In this document: positions 18,604 through 28,834 of the stretch, piece after piece
Position numbering within the stretch: position 1 is the stretch's first letter
Layout of the letters: every line of letters starts with the position of its first letter
Source of the DNA: Candidatus Saccharimonadota bacterium
GTDB taxonomy: Bacteria > Bacillota_I > Bacilli_A > Mycoplasmatales > Hepatoplasmataceae
NCBI GenBank assembly: GCA_027925325.1
Contig: AP027133.1
Span: 390,001 to 422,000, forward strand
Direction: 5' to 3'
Length of the DNA: 32,000 nucleotides
The notes under the pieces: generated by a model
What the model was told of the DNA's origin: nothing
Databases searched by the model: none
What the model saw: only the letters and a program-made list of their open reading frames with translations
Translations under genes and position numbers: made by a program

Positions 18604-19553
18604 TATTTTTGCTCCTCGCTCTCTTTATTCTGATTTCGATTTTTTCTTGCATTCATTAAAGCTTCTACTTTTGCAATTTCTGATTTTAATTCTTGATTAG
18701 ACATTTTTAAAGCTTTAGCTTTATTAATTTTTAATAATTCTGCTTTTTCAAGTAATATTTTGTGTTCTTCTAAATCTTTTTGATGTTTGATTGTTGCTTG
18801 TTCAATCTCAACTTTCATCTGTTCAATTGACATAGAGGATGTTAATTTTGCGCCAACCTTTTTTCCTTCTTCAAAAAGTTGATTTTTAATTCTAACTTCT
18901 TCTACATCAACTAATTTAATAAGATTATTAATTTTAGTTCCTTTTTTAATTGCTTCTTTAATTACAATAAAAGATTTATTCGGACCTGGGATTGATCCTT
19001 TAATTAAAAAAACATTTAATTTACGATCAAAAGAAATAATTTCAAGATTTTGCATCGTTACTTGTTGATGCCCCATATGTCCAGGCATCTTCTTACTTTT
19101 TTTAACAGTGCTTCTAATATCACCAGATGAACCGGTAACACGATGAGATTTTGAACCATGACTCATCGGTCCTCTTGATTGATTATGTCTTTTAATAGTA
19201 CCTTGAAATCCTTTTCCTTTTGAGATTCCAGTTACATCTACTAAAGATCCATCAACAAAGATATCACCATTAATTAAGTCACCTCGTTCAAAACCATCCA
19301 TATCTCTAATTTCATGAATAAAATACTTAGGACTAGTATTAGCTTTTTTAGCTTCACCGATCATTGATTTGATTGATTTATTAATTTTCTTATCTTCTAA
19401 TCCTAATTTAAGTGCTTTATATCCATCTTTTGCTAGTGTTTTTACTTGAAGCACAACATTTGGTTTTATTTCAACAACAGTAACAGGAATTGCTTTTCCT
19501 TCTTCTGAAAAAACAGTTGTCATTCCTGCTTTACGGCCTAAAATACCTTTCAT
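18603..19553 (-). CDS. rplC: 50S ribosomal protein L3 with a ~100-aa K/E-rich C-terminal extension (316 aa)
   Basis: [15 protein letters not shown].. and ..[25 protein letters not shown] are L3 signatures. After about residue 210 the sequence becomes a charged, heptad-like tail (..[54 protein letters not shown]..). Confidence 0.93.
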   Translation of the reverse strand: MKGILGRKAGMTTVFSEEGKAIPVTVVEIKPNVVLQVKTLAKDGYKALKLGLEDKKINKSIKSMIGEAKKANTSPKYFIHEIRDMDGFERGDLINGDIFVDGSLVDVTGISKGKGFQGTIKRHNQSRGPMSHGSKSHRVTGSSGDIRSTVKKSKKMPGHMGHQQVTMQNLEIISFDRKLNVFLIKGSIPGPNKSFIVIKEAIKKGTKINNLIKLVDVEEVRIKNQLFEEGKKVGAKLTSSMSIEQMKVEIEQATIKHQKDLEEHKILLEKAELLKINKAKALKMSNQELKSEIAKVEALMNARKNRNQNKESEEQK

Positions 19554-19563
19554 TTTAAACCTC

Positions 19564-19878
19564 TTAATCTACTTTGACTTCTATCGCCACGCCGATAGGA
19601 AGTTCAATTCGATTTAATTTATCAATAGTGTCTGTTGTTGCTTTTTTAATTCCAATTAAGCGTTTATGTGTTCTAAGCTCAAATTGTTCACGAGAATCTT
19701 TATTAACATGAACAGATCTTAAAACTGTAAAGATTTCTCTTCTTGTCGGAAGAGGAACAGGACCATAAATTTCTGCTCCTGCATCTTTTAAAACCTTAAT
19801 AATTTTCTTTGCTGAAATATCTATTAATTTCGCATCATAAGATTTTAATTTAATTTTGATTGCCTTATCTTTTTGCAT
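19564..19878 (-). CDS. rpsJ: 30S ribosomal protein S10 (104 aa)
   Basis: [25 protein letters not shown].......GA.I.GP.PLPT is the S10 signature. AAGGAG is 10 nt upstream of ATG 19878. The track start at 19887 is only 1 nt from the Shine-Dalgarno. Confidence 0.93.
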   Translation of the reverse strand: MQKDKAIKIKLKSYDAKLIDISAKKIIKVLKDAGAEIYGPVPLPTRREIFTVLRSVHVNKDSREQFELRTHKRLIGIKKATTDTIDKLNRIELPIGVAIEVKVD

Positions 19879-20046
19879 AAGGTTCATACTCCTTTGTTTT
19901 TAAAATTCTGGGTTAATTTAAAATAATTTTTCTTATATAAATTGGAGTTGATACGTTTTAAATAAATTACCACCGATTTATGTGTTTATTTTCGGTAAAA
20001 CAATATCAATTAATGATACATTTTTTTAAGAAAAAAATAAAATTTA
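19821..20046. repeat. Copy B (original) of the ~215-bp direct repeat: rpsJ codons 1-22 plus the rpsJ / glycosyltransferase intergenic leader
   Basis: See copy A at 7501-7716. This copy retains the intact AAGGAG Shine-Dalgarno and the in-frame rpsJ coding sequence, so it is the functional parent. Confidence 0.9.
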
Positions 20047-20105
20047 ATATATTAAAATATGATATAAATTGTTTAAAGTAAAACAAGATTGAATAGAATT
20101 AGTTT

Positions 20106-21077
20106 ATGAAAAATAAAGATATAATTTTAACTTTAATTATTACAATATATAATCCACAGTATTATGAGATAAAAAATTGATTAAATTTTAAAAATAAATT
20201 AAAAGAATATAATGATATCCAATTTCTTTTTTTAATTGATAATCCAGAAATTAACGAAAATATTTTAAATTTAATAAAAAAAGAAAAAGCGGAATATAAA
20301 ATGTATGAAAAAAATCATGGAAAATTTTATATTGTAAAGGATGCTTGTGATAAAAATATTGCAAGAGGATTATTTATTAAAATTTGCGATCCTGATGATT
20401 TAATAATTACAGAACATTTATTAAATTTTGCAAATTGATTAAAAAAATTAAAATCATATAGAGATTATTTAATTTTAACAAGTCACGGAATAATAAAAAC
20501 AGGATATCATGCAGAAGAAAATATCAACATGAAAAAAATTCAATTAAAAACTTTCGGAGGAGCTCCCATAAATTGCAATACTGTTTTTTCAAGGGCAATC
20601 ATTAAAAGATTTAAAAATAAATATGATAAATTAAGTAAATCTAGCGATTCTTTAATATCAGTTAATACACTTTTAGATCCAAAAACAATATATATTGTCG
20701 CAGATCAAAGTAAATGATTTTATATATATAATTGACGAAAAGGAATATCTTCTTATAATTTATTTGATTATAATAAAAAGAAATTAAAATTGAAATATAA
20801 AAATTTATTTTTAGATAATTATAGATATTTGAATATTTTAAAAAATATGCAAAAAGAGATTAATAATATCAAATATGTTAATTTTCCTACAAAATATGAT
20901 TTCATTACTGTAAATAATTCATTAATAAAAGGAAAATTTTCTTGATTTGCAAGGATTTGTTATATTACAAAAATTTATAAAATATTTCAAAAAATAAATA
21001 TTTCAGAAAATGATTGAAATTTATTTATTTTATTTAAATGTTATTTTTTTCAGACTTTTAAAATTAAAAGAAAGTAG
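20106..21077 (+). CDS. GT2-like (GT-A fold) glycosyltransferase, paralogue A (323 aa)
   Basis: Frame +3 is open from ATG 20106 to TAG 21075-21077 through 6 in-frame TGA, and it absorbs track ORF 20529..20717. It has an N-terminal LTLIITIYNP strand motif, FLFLIDNPE, and the DxD-type motif IKICDPDDLI. The C-terminal third is hydrophobic and aromatic. Confidence 0.7.
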
Positions 21078-21085
21078 GAAAAATA

Positions 21086-22081
21086 ATGAAATTTACTTTA
21101 AATATTTCAATTACTTTATTTAAACCCGATACAATAGAATTAAGAAATTATTTTATTGCTTTTAAAAAAATAAATAAAATAATAATAGAAAAACATCCTA
21201 ATAGAATTAATGATTTAATAAATTTCTCAATAATTTCTGATAATCCTAATTTAGAAAAAAACCAAAAAATTGTCTATCTTATTAAAGAATTTGAAAAAAT
21301 AAGAAATTTTAAGTATTTTGCTACTAAAGAAAGATTACATAAAGCGGGAATCGTTATAAAAAATATAGATCAAATAAATGCAAAATTTACTAAATTTTGT
21401 GATCCTGATGATCTTGTAATTCCAGAAAATATAATAAAAATAGCTTTAGAATTAGATAGTCTTACAGAAAATTGTTTGATTTTACATGGTTTTATAAAAA
21501 CTAATTATAGACAAAAATTAGTTTGGGAGAATATATGAAATTTAAACAGTTGAAAATCATTTACTCCTTTTTCTTTTAATTTAAATACAATTTATCCTGT
21601 AAAATTATTAGAAAAAGCGAAAAAAGATAATTGAATTTTTAAGCATTCAATATGATCTGATGATGCCCTTGCTTTATCTTTAAATAAATATAAACCTTAT
21701 TATGTTTTTTTACCTAATTTTTTCCCATATATACATATTCCAAATAATGGAACTTCAAAAACAAAAACAAAGCATACTGAAAAAGATTTTTATAATGCAA
21801 GCATTGATCTTATAAAATTACTTTCAAAAGAGTATAAGTATTTTGACCATGAAACTTGTACAGATAAGCCTAATTTTTTCTTTGTAAAAAGTGTTTATCA
21901 TGATTTATTTTTATATAAAAAAAACAGAATCATTAAATTTTTTAAATATTTATGATTTATATTATTTTTAAATATTAAATTAGGAAAAAAATATAAGTGG
22001 TTTTGTAAAAAGAGATGAAATTTATTCTGATTTGAAATATTACTTTTATTAAGTTTTTTAATTAAAATTAGAATAAATTAA
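21086..22081 (+). CDS. GT2-like glycosyltransferase, paralogue B (331 aa)
   Basis: Track ORF 21086..21538 continues through multiple TGA codons to TAA 22079-22081; I checked the frame. The pattern matches paralogue A: LNISITLFKP, FSIISDNPN and TKFCDPDDLV. The C-terminus is hydrophobic (..YLWFILFLNIKLG..WNLFWFEILLLLSFLI). Confidence 0.7.
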
Positions 22082-22089
22082 TTTATATT

Positions 22090-23748
22090 TTATCAACTAA
22101 TTAAAATATCATCATTTAATTTTAATCATATCGGATATGCTCTATAAACATATTGTTCTCTAAAGAGAGCGTCATAAACAATATTATAATTAGAAAAATC
22201 TTCTATTTTTGGATCTATTTTATCAAATTGATAAATTGTTAGTCTTGCCTTTTGATCTTCTTTTGCACGACCTTGATCTACAGCAACATAATTCGTATTA
22301 TTTTCATTAAAAAAAAGGCATGAAGAAATAATATTGGATTTTTGTTCTGTTGGATGATTAAAAATAGTTCTCGCTGTCATCGGTGCTAAATTAGTTTTTG
22401 AAATCTGATTAGTTGGATTTAATTCAATTATTTTAATATAAGAATTAGAATCATCCTCATATTTAGGATAATTATATTCGCTCTCTTCATGAATTTCTAA
22501 GCTTGTGTCATCCGCTTCGGCATGATTATCAAACATCGAAAAATATAAATCATTTGGATCATAATAATTAGGGTCAGTAAAGAAAAATTCTGGACCTAAT
22601 TCTTCAATATATGAATTTAATAATTTAACACAATGTTCGCCCATAAATAATTCTTGCTCATTTTCTTTTTGTGCATTTTTTAATAATTCTAAATTACTAG
22701 CATCATAATAAATTCCATTTATCTCTCAATTTATAAATTTTTTCTGTAATCCATTATTTTGACTTTTATAATCATAAATTTCCTGTGCATCATATTCGGG
22801 ATTAGAAATATAATAATCAGAATTATCAGAATAAATAATTGGAAAATCACCATCTAGATCTTTTTCATAATAATAAAAATATCCACCATAATTTGCAGAA
22901 TAAATTCAATTAACCTCTGGTTGATTCATAATATTACCATTATTATCAATTACTTTAATAGAAATAATAGAACCTAAACTTCTTGAATTTGCATAAATAT
23001 TTTGTCCATCAAAATCAATTGAATTAAAATGAAAAAAATCATTTGTTGGCATTATTGTTCGATAATAATTATTATTTTCATCAATATAATATCATGAATT
23101 AAAATCATAATTTAAGAGCTGTGAAATATTTATAATTTCAAAATTCCCAGTATTACAATCTAAAAAAACAATCTCTTGAATTGATGGATCACCCAATCCA
23201 CCATTATCATCATTATCTTTTCCAGAACCGTAATTTATATTATCTATTGCAATAATATAATTGCTATCTGGAATATATAACATTTCATGATTAATAGAAT
23301 TACCTTCTTCAATAAACATTGCAAAATATTCTAAATTAGAATTAATTAAATCATTTAAATCTTCTTTATTTTCAACTTTGTAAAATGAGGTTTGACCCTT
23401 TTCTCCTTTTCCTCATGATCATCAAATAAAAGAAATTCTATCGTCTTGATTGTAATATGGTTGAAAAAAATGATAATTATTACTACTTGATACTGAAAAA
23501 AAATCCAAAGAAGGAATATAATCAATAAATCTGTATGTCTCTGTGTTTCCTTCCGATATATATAAATATGAGTCGGTTTTATTGGAAAAATCATCAACAA
23601 TAACATCAGAAATAAAATATTCTTGATCTAAATTATCATCTTTTGTTTCTTTAACAGAAAAATAAATAATTCAAGTTAAAAATGTAATGAAAATCAAAAT
23701 TAAGACAAACAATACTCAATATTTTAATTTTTCCCTTTTAAATAACAT
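22090..23748 (-). CDS. Hypothetical signal-anchored / secreted protein, D/N/Y-rich (552 aa)
   Basis: Track ORFs 22126..22644 and 23092..23319 share one frame. I checked that frame triplet by triplet. It is open from ATG 23748 (an in-frame TAA lies 6 codons upstream) to TAA 22090-22092, through many TGA codons. The N-terminus MLFKREKLKYWVLFVLILIFITFLTWIIYF is a single TM or signal anchor. The remainder is acidic and rich in Asn, Tyr and Asp. No family was recognised. Confidence 0.7.
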
Positions 23749-23784
23749 AATATTCTCTTTTCTTATTTATAAATTTTTTTCATA

Positions 23785-23858
23785 ATTCTAATTATATTTA
23801 ATTAATTAATTTTTGTTTTTATATTCTAATTATATTTAATTAATTAATTTTTGTTTTT
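23785..23858. repeat. Tandem duplication, 2 x 36 bp with a 38-bp period
   Basis: attctaattatatttaattaattaatttttgttttt occurs at 23785-23820 and again, identically, at 23823-23858. It lies between the stop of the 703-aa gene and the start of the 552-aa gene; the second copy reaches the stop codon at 23857-23859. Confidence 0.85.
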
Positions 23859-25968
23859 AATTTTTTTCCTTTAATCTTCTAATAAAAAAGTAATCAATTA
23901 TAAAATAAGAAAAAATAAAGAAACTAAATATTAAACGCATGTATTTTCCAAAAAACATCGTAATAAAAGTTGTTGATGCTGAAAATATATTAATAAAATT
24001 ATTAACTTCAATATTATTCACAACACGGTCAAAAGAAATCATATTAGTATTAGCCAATTCATAAATATTTTGCCACAATAAAATACTATACAAGCCATTA
24101 ACCATATATTCTACATAACCAAAAGAGATAAATGGAAAAAAGTCATTAGCATTTTTAACAATTGATCTTAATCCTGCAAATTCAATAAAATTATATTGAA
24201 CATCTAAATTTAAATCACTAGGATTTAAATTTATTAATGCTGGAAATAAATTTTGAATTTCAGTTCAATTGTCTGGTAAAAATTCTGTATTAACATAATT
24301 TACTGTTAAATCATATGCCATCATTGTCTCTATTGCTTCAAAAATAAAAAAGAAAAAAACAACAGCCGAAGTTCGAATCATTAATTTTTTATTTTTAAGT
24401 CATTTTTTAGAACTTATTGTAAGCTCATATGATTTATTTTCAACTGAATTAAATAAAGAAAAATAATCAACATTTTTATTTATAGATATTTTTATTTTCA
24501 AATAAAAATATCTATAAATATCATGAATTTTGCCATTTATAATTGCAAGTCCAGATAAAATTGAAAATCCCGTAGAAATAAATAATCCTCCCAATGATAA
24601 TGCTAAAATTATATAAACGTAAGATCCCATATCAAAAGAATTTATATTAAACATAAATAAATAAATAAATCCGATTGTGACAAATATTACTCCTGATAAA
24701 AAATGAATCATTCCTCGAAAAATAAATCCGGCTCCTATTATTCCACCAATTTTTGGTTTTGAAATTTTTATCGCTTTATTAATATATAAACTATAGAAAA
24801 ATATTGATAGAATGTGATTTCCTGTAAGTCCAAGAACAAAGAATCTAATTTGTGAAGCAAAAAATCAATGAAAAGCATTTTTTCAATTAAATTTTTGATT
24901 CTCAATATAATTAAAAATTAACATTAAAAACATTGAAAAGAAAATTGAAACAAAAAAATTAAAAATAAGAAGATAAAGAGCAGCAGTATCTGCTCCTGCT
25001 CCTAAAATTTTAAAAACATTATCATAACTACCTTGATATAAAATACCAAAAGTAAATCATAATGTTACTCCCAAAATTAAAAATGATACTAAAATTCAGA
25101 AAAAATTTTTTTTTGATAATCTTTTTTTTGTTATTGGATTTGAAAATTTTATAATAATTGATTTTAAAATCTCATCAGATCTAAGAACATCAATTGATCA
25201 TTTTGAATAAAAATTTGTTTCAAAATAAAATTTATTATCTTTTTTTGTTTGAATTATTAAAAATTTCCCATAATTGTGTGAAAATTCATAATAAATTTTA
25301 CTTGTATCTTCTGACCTTTTAATTAATTTTATTTTTAAATTATTCCCTTTTCCATCAAAAAAATTATTATTTACTTCTTTTAAAAAGTTATCAAAATAAT
25401 TTAAATCAATTTTTATAACTTTTCTTTTCGATAAATTATAAAATCCGCAATTATCAAAAATAATTTTTTTTAAATTATTTAAATTTTTACATCTTTTTAA
25501 AACTTTTAACTTTTCAAATTGAAAAGCAAGATCATCTTTTTTGTAAATATTTTTATTTATAAAAACAGTATTTTCACCACTTTTTTGCACTTTTGTAAAA
25601 TTTTTATTTTTTTCAATTAAATTCTTATAAATAAGTGGAAGTTTATTTAAATTAGGAAAAATATAATCGTATTTATTTTTATTTTTTTCAATAAAATAAA
25701 TATTAATATCAATTCGGTCAATTTTTAAAATTTTATGCTTTTTTATCTCAAAATAATCAAATCCTAATTCAAAACTATCAAAAAAAACTAATGAAAAAAA
25801 TTGTTCTTTTTTTAAAATTAGACTAACCTTATAAATATTATTTGTATCAAAATCTGAAAGCAAAAAAGAATGATAATTTTTTAGTTGACGTGAATTATTC
25901 ACAAAAAACTGATCATATTTATTTTTATCTTCGGCTTTTTTAAAAATAATTGCACTTTTTATATTCAT
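23857..25968 (-). CDS. Large polytopic membrane protein with a ~255-aa N-terminal soluble domain (703 aa); possible flippase or exporter-like component of the glycan locus
   Basis: Track ORFs 25198..25968, 24400..24711 and 23857..24105 share one frame. I verified that every triplet between them lacks TAA and TAG; only TGA occurs. The N-terminal 255 aa are hydrophilic and K/N-rich. From about residue 290 on there are many hydrophobic helices (..FWILVSFLILGVTLWFTFGILY.., ..LYLLIFNFFVSIFFSMFLMLIF.., ..IHFLSGVIFVTIGFIYLFMF.., ..VYIILALSLGGLFISTGFSILSGLAII..). The functional label is inference from context only. Confidence 0.7.
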
Positions 25969-26064
25969 ATTAAAATAATTAAATAATATTAAAATTAATT
26001 TTATTATAATTCAATTGTCTAAAAATATTAAAAATTTTAATAATATAATTTTAGGGAGAAATTT

Positions 26065-27357
26065 TTGCAGAAAAAAATTTTAATTATTGGCGGGGGATAC
26101 GTTGGATTATATACAGCAATAAAATTAATAAATAATGAGCAAATAAAAAAAATTGATATCTTAGATATAGATAAGAAAAAAATTGATAAATGAAAAAATC
26201 TCAAAAACCCAATTAGTGATTTATATCTTGAGGATTTTTTACAAAAAAATAAATCTTTTTTTAAAAAAATTAATTATTTAAATAAAGCTAATTTTGAAAA
26301 TTATCATTTTTTTATATTAACGCTTCCGACAAACCCAGAAAAAAGAAAAATAATAAATTGACAATCAAGTAAAAATAATATTTTGTCCACAAACAAAATT
26401 TTTTCTTATTGCAAAAAAATAAAAAATATTAAAAAAAATAGCAAAATTATTATTAGATCTACTGTTAATTATAATGATTATCTAAAAATAGATGATCTTA
26501 ATATAAGTTATTGACCTGAATTTCTTTCACAAGGACAAAAAATTGATAAAAATATAAATGGGCATAAGATAATTTTTGCAAAAGCAAAAAATTTTACAAA
26601 AAAAGATATTCTTAATTTAATTCCAGAACAAAAATATAAAAATATTATTTTTGTAAAAACAAACGAAGCAATTATGATTAAAATTTTTCATAATTCATTT
26701 GATGCTTTTTCAATTACAATTTCCAATTTATTAGCAAATATCTCTCAAAAAAATAACATTAAATTTTCTAATTTAATTCCGATTCTAAATGACCTTTTAA
26801 AAATTAAACCGAGAGTTAAAACACCAGGATTAGGATATGGTGGATCTTGTTATCCAAAAGATTCACGTTCACTTTTAAATATTTTAAATTCAAAAAAAGA
26901 TTTAAAATTAATAAATCAACTTGATAAATATAATTTAAATCAACAAAAAAGTTATAAAAATTATCTTAATTTAATTAAAAAAAATGACAAAATTTTAATC
27001 TTAGGTATTTCTTTTAAAGGACAAACAAACGATATTACAGAGACACCGATTAAATCATTAGTAAATTATTTAATTAGAAAAAAATATAATTTTAAAATTT
27101 GAGAACCAAATTTAGATAAATTAAATCTAAAGATGATAAATAAAAATATAAATGAGCAAAATATTATAAAAAATATCGAAAAAGATCTTAAAGAGTGTAA
27201 TATTATTTTTATAGGTTCTGATTGAGATATTTTCAATAAATTTATTAAAGAAAAAAAAATAAAAGATAAAAAAATTATAGATTTAAAAGGATACCTTTCA
27301 ATAAGTAAAGAAAACATTCATTATCGGATTGGGGATACATTTAATATAAATTATTAG
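26065..27357 (+). CDS. ugd: UDP-glucose 6-dehydrogenase / nucleotide-sugar dehydrogenase (430 aa)
   Basis: The start is TTG 26065, with GGGAG 7 nt upstream and an in-frame TAA at 26041, so no earlier ATG is possible. It gives MQKKILIIGGGYVGLYTA (Rossmann GxGxxG). The frame stays open through 6 TGA to TAG 27355-27357 and absorbs track ORF 26674..27102. The catalytic block GLGYGGSCYPKD and the helix NEAIMIKIFHNSFDA are typical of this family. Confidence 0.85.
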
Positions 27358-27358
27358 T

Positions 27359-28228
27359 ATGAGGCTTAAAACACTAACTTTTTTTTATTCAATATATAAT
27401 CCTAATATTATTGAATTAAATTACATTAATAAAATTATCACGTATATTAAAAATAAACCTGAATTAAATAGCGAGATTGATATTTTAATTTTCGATGATA
27501 CTCCTAATAATAAATTTAAGGATTTTTTTAAAAATTTAGATATTAAAACATTAAATATTAAAAAAAATATAAAAAAAAATGGCGCTCTTTATTATTCATT
27601 AAATCATATTAAAAGTAAATATATAAAAATTATTGATCCTGATGATTTTTTAGTTTTTGATTTATTAGAAAAATTAATCGAGAAATTAAAAAAAAGTGAT
27701 AGTGATTATGTTATTCATTCCTTTTATAAATTAAAAGAAAAGAAATTAAGATATCGTAATTATAAAAACTTAAGATATTATAATTTTAATACGATATATT
27801 CAGCTGAAAAACTTAGAAAACATCAATCCTTAATTAAGAATGATATTCTTTACTGCCAAGATCAATATCTTGGAATGATTGTCGATCTTGATAGTAAATA
27901 TAAAAAAATTAATATTCCATTTTATATTTATAATCGTAATTCTTTTTCTTCAATTTGAAATCAAGTTAGAAAAAATGATGGATATAAAAAACAAAATATC
28001 GATAAAATCCTAACTGATATCAATGAAAATATTAATTTTTATTACTTGAATCAAAATAGACTTTCAAGATCTGTAAAACCACGATTTATAAGTCTATTTT
28101 TCTTTAAGGAGAGATTTAAAAATAAATGAGAAATTTATCGTTATCTTAAGCAAAAATTAAAAATTAAACGATTGAATGTTAAAATTTGATTGATATATGC
28201 TTGTTTTTTAAAGGCAAAATGAATATAA
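27359..28228 (+). CDS. GT2-like glycosyltransferase, paralogue C (289 aa)
   Basis: Track ORF 27359..27958 continues through 4 TGA to TAA 28226-28228. The motif pattern matches paralogues A and B: LTFFYSIYNP, ILIFDDTPN and IKIIDPDDFL. The ATG lies 1 nt after the ugd stop. Confidence 0.7.
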
Positions 28229-28230
28229 AA

Positions 28231-28255
28231 AAGGCACTTAAAAGTGTCTTTTTTA
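28231..28255. terminator. Bidirectional rho-independent terminator between convergent genes
   Basis: AAGGCAC-TTAAAA-GTGTCTT forms a 7-bp stem with one G.U. It is flanked by A6 on the left and T6 on the right, so it reads as stem plus U-run on both strands. Confidence 0.7.
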
Positions 28256-28260
28256 TGTCC

Positions 28261-28815
28261 TTATTTTTGTGCTTTTTTATTAGCTTTCTCTAATTTCTTT
28301 TGCGCTTTCTTTTGTTTTTTGGTTGCTTTTTCTTTTGCTTTTTGCGCTTGTACTTCTTTTTTGTTTTGTTTATATATCTTTTTTATCTCTTTTCGTGAAT
28401 AATCTCGCTCACTATCTTTAGTGATATTATTAATCACAAATAATCGATGTTTTTGAAAATTATTTTCCGAGATAATTGCTGCTATCTTATAAATTTTATA
28501 ACTAGAAAAACTAATAATAATTATAAAAAAGGCCGCTTCAATAAAAACTCAAAGACTTTGTAAAAAGACAATAAATCCTTCAAGTCCATCATCGGCACTA
28601 AATGTATCTTGAATTGCTCGTACCGCATAGACAATCGCAAGAACCCCTAAAATAATTCCCATTAATCAAATTCAAATTCAAAAAATAAGCAATGGTCATA
28701 ATCTTTTATTACTATTTTTTCATTTTAATTGCTCTTGCTCTTTTCTTGTCATCTTTTTTTCTGTATAATTACTAATTTCTTCAGAATTAACTAGTCTTGT
28801 GTCATTATCATTCAT
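28261..28815 (-). CDS. Hypothetical small membrane protein with a lysine-rich C-terminal tail (184 aa); absent from the ORF track
   Basis: Hand translation from ATG 28815 gives MNDNDTRLVNSEEISNYTEKKMTRKEQEQLKWKNSNKRLWPLLIFWIWIWLMGIILGVLAIVYAVRAIQD...SLWVFIEAAFFIIIISFSSYKIY...KEVQAQKAKEKATKKQKKAQKKLEKANKKAQK, ending at TAA 28261-28263. It has 6 in-frame TGA and two predicted TM helices. Confidence 0.6.
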
Positions 28816-28834
28816 AGAGTAAATTTATTAGGTT

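Noticed and set aside
7501-20046. The two direct repeats interpreted as ends of a composite mobile element or excisable island
   Set aside because: The enclosed segment is mostly the essential S10-spc operon. No transposase or intact recombinase is present. The repeat is clearly derived from the rpsJ 5' region rather than from an IS end or att site.
23355-23606. 83-aa minus-strand ORF from the track
   Set aside because: It is in a different frame from the 552-aa ORF that spans this region without TAA or TAG. The long frame has a proper start and signal anchor, so the short one is an overlapping artefact.
25969-26064. Explicit -35/-10 promoter calls (for example TATAAT at 26005-26010 and 26044-26049; similar hexamers upstream of other genes)
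   Set aside because: TATAAT-like hexamers occur by chance every few dozen bases in DNA this AT-rich, and -35 elements are not discernible. I therefore did not list promoters as features without TSS data.
27066-27317. 83-aa minus-strand ORF from the track
   Set aside because: It is antisense to the 3' part of ugd, which is continuous through this region in table 4.
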